DNA from: a virus
Taxonomy: Duplodnaviria > Caudoviricetes
Strand: one strand, 5' to 3'
Length of the DNA: 37,630 bases
IMG/VR virus record: IMGVR_UViG_3300009103_000078
Location: 1-37,630 of that record
Under the pieces are notes generated by a model, which was not told where the DNA came from, made no database searches, and saw only the letters and a list, made by a program, of their open reading frames with translations. Position numbers and translations under genes: made by a program. Positions 1 through 8,278 of the stretch are shown one piece after another. Positions within the stretch are counted from its first letter, which is position 1. Each line of letters starts with the position of its first letter.

Positions 1-1
1 G

Positions 2-1258
2 TGGGGTGCGCTTCTGTTCTGGCCAGCATCTCACCTTTTGCTTTCTGCCCTTAAACCATGGCTAGAATTCTTCCCCCACATGGAAACCCTACGCGGACTC
101 GGTGGCGCTTTAAAAGATATGACTACCGGCATGGTGTGGGCAGGAATCAAGCTAGCGATTGGTTCATGGTTCTTGCTCTATGGTGCTGTCGCGTTCCTGC
201 CCGCATCGCTGATCTTGACACATGCCCTGCAGTACTGGCTTCCAGTATTGCCGCAGCTTGAAGCACTATCGGGTCTTGGCATGGCGTTGCTTAGCATGAC
301 CCATGGTATGATCACTGCTGGTATTAAGATGCTCATTGCCGGCATCTTCCTGCTGCCCGGCGCGGTCCTTGTTAGTGCGGGGTTGAAGGTGCTAGCGTGG
401 GGGCTGGAGCCGTGGACGGATGGCACTATTGATTGGGAACGGCTCCCCGAGTTAGGTTGGGTTCTTGCAAGGTTTTCAGCCGGTCTAGGCTTCGCCGGGT
501 TGGTCATGGCGTTCGCCGGTATTCCATTCTTTTTTGGCGCGGTGATGATTAGTTTAGGAATGAGAATACTTAACAAGCCACTGGCTGAGTTTGCAAATAC
601 GCTAGCAGTCTTGGCGCCAATAGCGCCAGCGATGCCAGCAATTGCGTCGGGCTTGGCGTCCCTCGGAAGAGTCCTTCCCGGCTTTGGTTGGGGAATCCTC
701 ATGTTAGGTATCGCTGCAAGCATGCCGTTTTTCAGGACAGGACTCAAGACACTCAGCAGCGGACTCAGCACATTCGCTAACGCTATTGGAAGCATCTCGG
801 AAGAGAAGGCTGTCGCACTGGGTCATTTGTTTAAGGGCTTGAGTAAGTTTACGGCTTTAAGCAAAGTCGGCAGAGTGTTGAGAAGTTTGGGTTGGGGGAT
901 CTGGTGGATCGCTCGCGGACTTAGACAGATGCCAGAGGGCGTACAAGCGGTTCAGTTTTCGGTCGCTGCCGAGTCTTTGGCAGAGTTAGCAGAAGCTTCA
1001 GTTAACGTGACGCCAGAAGCGGTCGAAAACGTAAAGGGTCTTGCTGACGCAGCCATTGACTATGGTATTGCTAGTCGCTTGATGCGCAGTTCCGGTGAGG
1101 ATGCATTAGTGCAGGCACTCAGGGAGCTTGCAGGGCTGGCTAAGAGTAGTGCCAAGGGTGGCAAGGAAGGTCAAGACGTTGTGCTTGAAATCGATGGTAA
1201 GGAATTCGCCAGAGCGGTGTCTGCTGCTATCGATAGCAAACACAACATGCCGTTCTAA
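2..1258 (+). CDS. Tail tape-measure protein, C-terminal part (5' truncated by window)
   Basis: Frame is open from base 2. Long Ala/Gly/Leu-rich amphipathic and hydrophobic helical repeats. C-terminal 'QDVVLEIDGKEFARAV' is typical of tape-measure ends. Followed by baseplate-type genes. Confidence 0.7.
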   Translation, partial: WGALLFWPASHLLLSALKPWLEFFPHMETLRGLGGALKDMTTGMVWAGIKLAIGSWFLLYGAVAFLPASLILTHALQYWLPVLPQLEALSGLGMALLSMTHGMITAGIKMLIAGIFLLPGAVLVSAGLKVLAWGLEPWTDGTIDWERLPELGWVLARFSAGLGFAGLVMAFAGIPFFFGAVMISLGMRILNKPLAEFANTLAVLAPIAPAMPAIASGLASLGRVLPGFGWGILMLGIAASMPFFRTGLKTLSSGLSTFANAIGSISEEKAVALGHLFKGLSKFTALSKVGRVLRSLGWGIWWIARGLRQMPEGVQAVQFSVAAESLAELAEASVNVTPEAVENVKGLADAAIDYGIASRLMRSSGEDALVQALRELAGLAKSSAKGGKEGQDVVLEIDGKEFARAVSAAIDSKHNMPF

Positions 1259-1274
1259 GATTCTTGCGCGGCAG

Positions 1275-1282
1275 ACTAGTTA
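1275..1282 (+). promoter_or_regulatory. Putative late-promoter motif ACTAGTTA
   Basis: Intergenic copy of the recurring ACTANTTA motif, upstream of the tail/baseplate gene starting at 1320. Confidence 0.5.
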
Positions 1283-1319
1283 AACTGCGGGCGTGATACG
1301 CCGCATGGAGGGCAAAAAA

Positions 1320-2198
1320 ATGTCAGTTTGGGCAGATCAATTTCCAGATACTACTGAAGGTCTAATGACCGACTACGAGTACAATCTGGTTCAAAAGGGC
1401 ATGGTGATTGATTTCTATCATGTTCCCAGCGGATTTGCAGTTGCCTTCAAGGGTATGATCAACAGCTTCTCAGATGAATACAGTTCAGAGTGGAACACTG
1501 AAACAGTATACGGTCGAATGGATCCCATTTCTGCATTTCAGGGCACGGCAAGAAGCATTAGTATTGAGTGGGACGTGGTTGCTTCTACGGTTAAGGAAGC
1601 AAAGCTTAATATGCAAAAGTGCGAAACGTTAATGTCCATGCTTTATCCATCATATGACGGAACAGCGTCAGCAGCCAACACGATCAACGCCTCTCCTTTA
1701 TTCAAAATGAAATTTGGAAACTTCGCTCATGATGCAAGTGCAGGCTATGAATCTATCGGAGCCCGCGCCAAAGACGCCGGCTTGCTTGGGTTCATCGGAG
1801 GCTTCACTTTTGAGCCTGACTTCGACTCAGGCATTATCGATGGACCTTCGCCTGCTGATCCTACTGAGTGGCAACCCGGCGAGTTTTACCCGCAGAAGCT
1901 GACTTTATCAGCCGAGTTCACTGTGTTGCACACGCATAACATGGGCTGGAAAGCTGGCGGTGCAGATCCTTCGTGGGCTGAGAACTTAGGTGGCGGAGCG
2001 GTTGGACAGGCACAAGCAGGTTATCCATACAACGCACCGGGAAGTCACCAGTCTGGTTTTGAGGGCGTCCGAGGTGGTGGTGCATCTGGCGCATCTGGTA
2101 CCGGCGCTGCTCGCACTCCCGAAGCAAAGGCTACAGAGGGTTCGGATCCGTCAGATGACAATTCACATGTTGAAGCTGCAATGTTGGGGTTAATATAA
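1320..2198 (+). CDS. Tail tube-like/baseplate initiator protein of a contractile tail
   Basis: ATG at 1320 follows GGAGG. Motif 'WNTETVYGRMDPI..FQGTARSISIEW' is typical of tube-fold proteins encoded after the tape measure. Gly/Ala-rich C-terminal tail. Confidence 0.55.
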   Translation: MSVWADQFPDTTEGLMTDYEYNLVQKGMVIDFYHVPSGFAVAFKGMINSFSDEYSSEWNTETVYGRMDPISAFQGTARSISIEWDVVASTVKEAKLNMQKCETLMSMLYPSYDGTASAANTINASPLFKMKFGNFAHDASAGYESIGARAKDAGLLGFIGGFTFEPDFDSGIIDGPSPADPTEWQPGEFYPQKLTLSAEFTVLHTHNMGWKAGGADPSWAENLGGGAVGQAQAGYPYNAPGSHQSGFEGVRGGGASGASGTGAARTPEAKATEGSDPSDDNSHVEAAMLGLI

Positions 2199-2199
2199 T

Positions 2200-2541
2200 A
2201 TGAGTCGATACAACCAGAGAAAAAAGCTTACTAATACAAAAAGATTTTATCAAGACTACATGGAACAGCGCGGCGTTAAAAGTATTCGCCAATACGCCAC
2301 CCCCAAGATGAAATATCCAAAACCGCAAGCGATTGCAGACGAGTTGACACGCATACCTCACGTCTGGAAATCTAAAGACATGTATTGGAAATTGGCAGCA
2401 GAACACTACGGAGACTCCCAGTTGTGGTGGGTCATCGCATGGTTTAATAAGAAGCCTACTGAGTCGCATGTTCGGCTGGGAGATATAATCCATATACCGA
2501 TGCCCTTGGCGACTGTTCTGTACCATTATTCTGTTGGATAG
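2200..2541 (+). CDS. LysM-like baseplate wedge protein (T4 gp53/P2 gpX-like)
   Basis: 'KLAAEHYGDSQLWWVIAWFN...LGDIIHIP' matches the LysM-like pattern; position in tail module. Confidence 0.65.
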   Translation: MSRYNQRKKLTNTKRFYQDYMEQRGVKSIRQYATPKMKYPKPQAIADELTRIPHVWKSKDMYWKLAAEHYGDSQLWWVIAWFNKKPTESHVRLGDIIHIPMPLATVLYHYSVG

Positions 2542-2551
2542 GGGATGAGCC

Positions 2552-5092
2552 ATGGCTGATGACGATTATAAATTAACCTTTGACCATCAGTGCTTTCTGA
2601 TGGATAACTACGAAATTTTATCACCACTTAATTCACAGTGCGGGTATGAAAATTTTCATGCTATGGGGTTGGAGACAGGTGGCAACGTTCATGATGTGAT
2701 CACTGCTCTGACCGGTCGTGGTGGGCTAACGAGAATGACGAGGCTTAGACCGAGCGAGCAGGGTATCTTACAGCCCTCAGTTCGACTTTGGCGTGTGTTC
2801 CCCGGAAAGGCTGATGGTTCTACAACCGACAGGGAAGACGAGTTCATTTTCGACATGGCGCTCAACCCCGATACTATCGAAGCTATTACCAAGACCAACT
2901 ATTATGGCATGGCCACGGCGAATATCACCGGCGCCACCTCCCGCGCCGGCGGAGTGGGTATTAAGAGTTTCGAGTGGGAGTTTGCCGGCACTAACCCTGC
3001 CGAGGCAGAAGCAGTCATCGGCGTCAAAATGACTCTGTATTTTCAGAACATGGGAGAACTAAAGAGGGGCTGGGGTGATACAACAGATAGTAACGGATTT
3101 GATGGCGGAACTGTTGCTGGTACTCGACCGAGTTTTATGGAATTGATCTTGTTGCCACCGGGTATGAAAGGCGGTGCTAATTCTCCCGGCGGCTGTGGTC
3201 GTCCTCCTAATCCGCGCAAAGAATATGATCCAATGTTTTATAAAATTAAAGCAGCAGTCGGGTGGGCTATACCTCCCGGCATGGAAGACGAAGAGTTGGT
3301 CCGCGAACTTAGATCGACTCAGTTGATCATGTACCTAAACTTGCTTACTCACGAAATTAAAATTAAAGAAGACGGCTCGATTGAAGTCGATGTAGAATAT
3401 GTTGGCTCCACGGAGACAGCCCTAGAGACGGGAATGGCAGATGTGATCTTTCCATACGGTTCGTCTCAAAACGCGATAGTGAGTGGGGGCTTTCTTGGGA
3501 TGGGAGGAGACAGTCGCACCGTGGAGGACGTTGATGCAGAGATTGCAGAGTTGGAAGAGGCTATGGAGCACAACGAAGCCGCTCAAGGTTGTGCCGGCGG
3601 CGAAGATACAGAACTCGATGAGAGGCGTTCGGAAATGGTGAGTGAGATGGCAGATCTACAAGAGACATGTAAAACATTAACCTCCAAGAACCGCTCACAA
3701 GCATATGAAAACTTTACAAAAAATCTGTCTGGAAAGATTCGTCACTTGGATTTGGATAACGGGTTCTTGAAAGAGTGGGAGAAGAACACAATGAACGAGC
3801 GTGTCCCGTTGACCTCTGATAGCACCGGCGGCGTAGCTACGATTACAGTTGGTGACGATGGCTGGTTCAGCAACCCGCAGAAGGAGGCAGAATCGGCAGA
3901 TTCATCTGATGTTTCGGATGACGATATTTATTTTGTCTACTTCGGAGACATTATGGAACTAGCATGCAAGTCTTTTGCTCCCGATGCACAGTTGGATCCC
4001 GACAATCCGGTTAAGGGCATGAAATTTATTACTGGTCCGCTTCAATACATAGACCCCAGACACGCATGGACCAAGGACAAAGCCGATCCGCCAAAGGTTG
4101 TTACGATGAACCTTTGTGATGTTCCAATCTCTTATACCATGTTCATGAAGTTCTGGAATGACAACGTTGTGGACCCAGAGCGAGGGTCTTATCCCGTGCG
4201 TCAGTTTCTCAAAGATGTTGTTGGAAAGTTGGTTGCACCGGCGATTAATGCCGGCTGCTTCCCTACTGCTCCGCGCCAAGAGGTCGTTATCTCCACGGCA
4301 ATGTTCACGGTAGCTTCACCCGGCGGCGGAATGCGCGACATTATTGGTGAGATTCAAGGGGAACGACCCGGCATCTCACGGATGGCAAGCTACATCGCAT
4401 CTCAGGGGGCGATTGCTGGCGAAGACTTGTCGGGTTTCACGTATATATTCCTGTATATGAACACGGCTGCGGTTGGAAACGGCAATCAGCGAGAGGATGA
4501 AGCACGCGGCATTTATCACTACAGAATTGGTGAGGATCGAGGTCTGATAAAGAAGATAGATTTTAAAAAGAACGATGTTCAGGGCATGAAGGAGGCACGT
4601 CAGGATGAGTCGGGCGCAATGTCTCAGATTCGCGAAATGTACAATGCAGATGTGACTATGATAGGTAACAATATTTATATTCCCGGCATGACGGTGTTCC
4701 TGCATCCCCCGCCGGGGCTGGGTCATCCATCTATTTGCAACAGCGATGCAAACCTGCTTGGTCTGGGTGGTTACTATAATGTTATTAAGGTTCGCTCGAA
4801 GATTCGTCGCGGCGGTCAATACGACACAAGCTTGGACTGTATTTTTGCCGCATCCACGTCTGAGCCTTGCGTTGAGGGCGAGGCTGTGGACTGTGATGCT
4901 ATTGCTGCCGCCAGTTCTACCGTTGATGATAACCCGTGGGGTGACGTTACATGGGGTGATGCGTGGGATGCTCTCGTCGGCGACGACGATTTCCGTAGAG
5001 GCTCCGAGGGCGTAGACATAGACAACGAGGATTCTGCTTGCGGCGGCAAGGAAAGCGCTAACGAAATTGCTGATTGGTTCTCGTGGGGATAG
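2552..5092 (+). CDS. Baseplate hub-like protein (gp27/gpD-like)
   Basis: 846 aa. C-terminal 'YNADVTMIGN..IPGMTVFL...LGLGGYYNVIKVRS...YDTSLDC' resembles the hub beta-barrel end; synteny after the LysM-like gene. Confidence 0.5.
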   Translation: MADDDYKLTFDHQCFLMDNYEILSPLNSQCGYENFHAMGLETGGNVHDVITALTGRGGLTRMTRLRPSEQGILQPSVRLWRVFPGKADGSTTDREDEFIFDMALNPDTIEAITKTNYYGMATANITGATSRAGGVGIKSFEWEFAGTNPAEAEAVIGVKMTLYFQNMGELKRGWGDTTDSNGFDGGTVAGTRPSFMELILLPPGMKGGANSPGGCGRPPNPRKEYDPMFYKIKAAVGWAIPPGMEDEELVRELRSTQLIMYLNLLTHEIKIKEDGSIEVDVEYVGSTETALETGMADVIFPYGSSQNAIVSGGFLGMGGDSRTVEDVDAEIAELEEAMEHNEAAQGCAGGEDTELDERRSEMVSEMADLQETCKTLTSKNRSQAYENFTKNLSGKIRHLDLDNGFLKEWEKNTMNERVPLTSDSTGGVATITVGDDGWFSNPQKEAESADSSDVSDDDIYFVYFGDIMELACKSFAPDAQLDPDNPVKGMKFITGPLQYIDPRHAWTKDKADPPKVVTMNLCDVPISYTMFMKFWNDNVVDPERGSYPVRQFLKDVVGKLVAPAINAGCFPTAPRQEVVISTAMFTVASPGGGMRDIIGEIQGERPGISRMASYIASQGAIAGEDLSGFTYIFLYMNTAAVGNGNQREDEARGIYHYRIGEDRGLIKKIDFKKNDVQGMKEARQDESGAMSQIREMYNADVTMIGNNIYIPGMTVFLHPPPGLGHPSICNSDANLLGLGGYYNVIKVRSKIRRGGQYDTSLDCIFAASTSEPCVEGEAVDCDAIAAASSTVDDNPWGDVTWGDAWDALVGDDDFRRGSEGVDIDNEDSACGGKESANEIADWFSWG

Positions 5093-5101
5093 GAGTAAGA
5101 T

Positions 5102-6946
5102 ATGGCTGACGAATTTGAAGAAGGGCAGAGGTGGAAACGGTCGCACATTGAAAAGTTGCGCGCCAACACTGATGCCGTTGAATTTATGATCGATCCTCCC
5201 GGCGCCTTGGAGCCCACGGATGATCGTCGCCGTCGAGGGAAGCAAAGAATAGCTTTCCGTTCCCGCCGCCGCCCGAATGTGGACTCTTTTGTGCATATCC
5301 CTATGATGCATCGCGAGGCTACGTGGACTGGTGCAACTGCAGATGATTTTACGAAGGCAACGTTTGACAACCGCATGGATTGGGAGTTAAATGCTCCTAG
5401 ATTTTTGGTCTTGCCGGCACCACCGGGACAGACGAAGCTGGAGGGCGAGTTTGTTTCGTCTCTGGGCTTGTTTGACTTTTGGTACGACAAGCAGATGTAC
5501 GGCAAGGTGGATTTGAACCAGATTCCAATGTACTTATCCGAGGCTTTTCTTATGCCCGTCACACCGGCTGACGACAAGGTGCTGGCTCCAAGCTTCGTGG
5601 CACAGGCGTGGCGGCACTTTGAAAAAGACTGGGCTTCTTTTTGGGTTCGGAATACCGGAGGCGGAAACAGCAATAAAGCACTGATCCGCGATGCCGGCAT
5701 GTTCCGACCCGATCAATACGGTCACATACCGGTCAAGAAAGGGTGGGTCAGCATGCACCCCCTGTATCACGAACACATGGTGGGGATATTCGACAAGTTC
5801 CAGAAGTGGCTAGCCATAGAACACCGCCGCAGCAAGATTCACAACTTCAAGCAGTTCGTTCAGTCTCTATTGTACTTTATAGATGCTTATGCACCGGGAG
5901 ATTTTTTGACACGCAGCGCTTTTATTCTAAGTCGGAAATGCCCTCGCGCTATTAGCGGATTTCAACTTGACTTGACCGATGATGATGTCAACGATGATAT
6001 CGAGAAGAAACGAATGTGGCTAGCCGATCCAAACTTTGAGATTTGGGTGGCAAAACTTAGGCAGTACGGGTTCAGTGTGGACTTTAATATACCATGGCGC
6101 ATTGTGGCTGATGTAAACTCCACGCCGATGCGAGATTTCATACGTGACTATGCTGTGGAAGGCAGAGATCCGTTTGGCGTACACAAGAAGATCCCGACGC
6201 TGCGTGCGAAGGTTAAAGAGTATAAAGACATAGGCACGGAGAAAGCTTTGCTTCTTGCAGAGGCATACGATAGGGCTGCTACGGCTGCGCAAACAAAAAA
6301 CCTTGACATTATGTTTAGGACATGCTACTATAGGGCTGATCAAACGGATTTGCAGATGCTCATGAGTTATATTTTATCTTGGTGGAACGACCTTGCCACT
6401 GCTTTCCCTGTTGAGCGTATCACAACGTATAGAATGAACGAAAAGGGTCCAGCAAACCAGACAGTGACCATTGAATACTATCGCGAAAAGGCTGAGTACG
6501 ATGCTAACGCAAACCCCAGTGTTCAGAACTTGAAGGATCCGTATTCTGTGCTAGCTGGCAAGTCAATCTATCGTGCATCAGGAAAGCAAGAAGAAGGCGT
6601 GTACCAGCGTGAGCCCCACAAGAAGGCAGCATGGGATGTGTGGGTGAACACATTTGGCTCAGCATTCCCCGCACAGTTTTATTTATTCGTGCGCGCACGC
6701 GAGGCAGGCATCGGTTGGAGCCAGAAACGATTTGACAAATATGTAAAAATCTTGAGAGAGTTGCAGAAATCTCTTGACGGCAAGGCTGCAATGGATTATA
6801 TTAATGAGAAGACAAGACGACTGCCAACCCCCGGCGGCAACCCTATGCCTAGAACGGTAGAACACAGTTCAAAGGCATATAACATATACGAAGATCGAGA
6901 AAGAGAACTTGCCGGCAAGGGCATGTTCATGCTAACAATCAAGTAA
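5102..6946 (+). CDS. Hypothetical protein (614 aa), possibly virion/tail-associated
   Basis: Long ORF with AGGAG RBS, 9 nt after the hub gene. No family recognised. Confidence 0.6.
   Translation: MADEFEEGQRWKRSHIEKLRANTDAVEFMIDPPGALEPTDDRRRRGKQRIAFRSRRRPNVDSFVHIPMMHREATWTGATADDFTKATFDNRMDWELNAPRFLVLPAPPGQTKLEGEFVSSLGLFDFWYDKQMYGKVDLNQIPMYLSEAFLMPVTPADDKVLAPSFVAQAWRHFEKDWASFWVRNTGGGNSNKALIRDAGMFRPDQYGHIPVKKGWVSMHPLYHEHMVGIFDKFQKWLAIEHRRSKIHNFKQFVQSLLYFIDAYAPGDFLTRSAFILSRKCPRAISGFQLDLTDDDVNDDIEKKRMWLADPNFEIWVAKLRQYGFSVDFNIPWRIVADVNSTPMRDFIRDYAVEGRDPFGVHKKIPTLRAKVKEYKDIGTEKALLLAEAYDRAATAAQTKNLDIMFRTCYYRADQTDLQMLMSYILSWWNDLATAFPVERITTYRMNEKGPANQTVTIEYYREKAEYDANANPSVQNLKDPYSVLAGKSIYRASGKQEEGVYQREPHKKAAWDVWVNTFGSAFPAQFYLFVRAREAGIGWSQKRFDKYVKILRELQKSLDGKAAMDYINEKTRRLPTPGGNPMPRTVEHSSKAYNIYEDRERELAGKGMFMLTIK
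6774..6802 (+). promoter_or_regulatory. Sigma-70-type promoter inside upstream CDS, likely driving the polA-like gene
   Basis: TTGACG-N17-TATATT. Confidence 0.5.
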
Positions 6947-6959
6947 CTTAGGGCGGCGA

Positions 6960-8177
6960 ATGCTGTTTCAGACATTGGATGACAAGCGAGATTGCGTAGG
7001 TGTGTATCTCGATGGTAAGCTATTATATGATGAGGTGCCCGAATCCTTGTCGCATACGTGGGACTACAGCACGTTTCTGCGAGACACGCCTGTTGAGTTT
7101 GCCAAGCTGTATTGCGGCGGCAAGTCATTGGAGGAGGTGTGCCCTCCGCATCTGCGCACACAGTGGGCGACTGTGAGGGATAAGCTTCGGGCTTACCATC
7201 GCTCCTTCCAGATAGCCAAGGTTCCCTTGACCGAGAACTGCTTCTTTGACTTGGTGCCAGAGCGGTTTCTGCTCGACTATTGCGAGGTCCGCAACAGCAT
7301 TACCCAGCACGTCTTCGACACCTACGAGCGCCCCACAAACTACGACTTTACTAGACAACTGGTAGAGGCGCTGGACGACATTCGATATCAGAAGCTAAAC
7401 ATATCCATGGACGGCATAAGGGATATCTACCATAGGACGGATACACGAAAGTTTCTAAAAAAGATTCAGAAGTATTCTCCGTACTGCAAGTATAACGTGT
7501 GGGGTACGAAGACCGGTCGTCTGACTAACATGCCCGGCACATTTCCGGTCCTTACGCTGGACAAGCAGTATCGTTCTATATTGAAGCCCAATAATGACTG
7601 GTTTCTGGAGTTGGACTACAACGCTGCAGAGTTGCGAGTTGCCATGGCACTAGCTGGGCAGGACCAGCCACAGGATGACATACACCAGTGGAATATGGAC
7701 AACATCTTCGGCTCCATGGACCGTCAAGAAGCGAAGCGTAGAATCTTCGGCTGGCTGTACGGTGGCAAAAACATGACTGGCTCACTAGGTAATAGTGATG
7801 AGACTGTGGGAAAACTATTGGAAGAGACGTACGGAAGAGAGAGAATTGTTGGCGAGCATTGGACCGGCACACATGTCCACACACGATTCGGACGGACCAT
7901 TCCTAGCGACCATCATCATTCTCTCAGTTACATTATTCAAAGTAGTTGCGTGGACGTTGTGCTTAGGAGGCTCATCCAAATCAGCGAACGTCTCAGAGAT
8001 CTTAAGTCAAGAGTTGCATTCACCTTACATGATTCAGTCGTCATCGACCTCTCTAATGAAGACCGAGGATTGATACCAGAACTTATTAACCTTTTTGGCC
8101 AGAACGAACTTGGCCACTTCAAAGTTAACGTCCAAGCGGGACGAGACTTTGGTACAATGAAGGCATTAAACCTGTGA
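6960..8177 (+). CDS. Short family-A DNA polymerase (polymerase domain only)
   Basis: 'KTGRL', motif A 'LELDYNAAELR', motif B 'RQEAKRRIFGWLYG', 'IIQSS..D', motif C 'LHDSVV'. Only 405 aa, with no recognisable exonuclease domain. Confidence 0.85.
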   Translation: MLFQTLDDKRDCVGVYLDGKLLYDEVPESLSHTWDYSTFLRDTPVEFAKLYCGGKSLEEVCPPHLRTQWATVRDKLRAYHRSFQIAKVPLTENCFFDLVPERFLLDYCEVRNSITQHVFDTYERPTNYDFTRQLVEALDDIRYQKLNISMDGIRDIYHRTDTRKFLKKIQKYSPYCKYNVWGTKTGRLTNMPGTFPVLTLDKQYRSILKPNNDWFLELDYNAAELRVAMALAGQDQPQDDIHQWNMDNIFGSMDRQEAKRRIFGWLYGGKNMTGSLGNSDETVGKLLEETYGRERIVGEHWTGTHVHTRFGRTIPSDHHHSLSYIIQSSCVDVVLRRLIQISERLRDLKSRVAFTLHDSVVIDLSNEDRGLIPELINLFGQNELGHFKVNVQAGRDFGTMKALNL

Positions 8178-8252
8178 AACTAAATGCACCCCAAAAGGTC
8201 GATATTACAAATTTTTTTCACCGCCATAATTTTCAGATTTGCGGTTTAGCTA

Positions 8253-8260
8253 ACTATTTA
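8253..8260 (+). promoter_or_regulatory. Putative late-promoter motif ACTATTTA
   Basis: Intergenic, 18 nt before the ATG at 8279. Confidence 0.5.
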
Positions 8261-8278
8261 TAGCACAGAGGCTAATTC

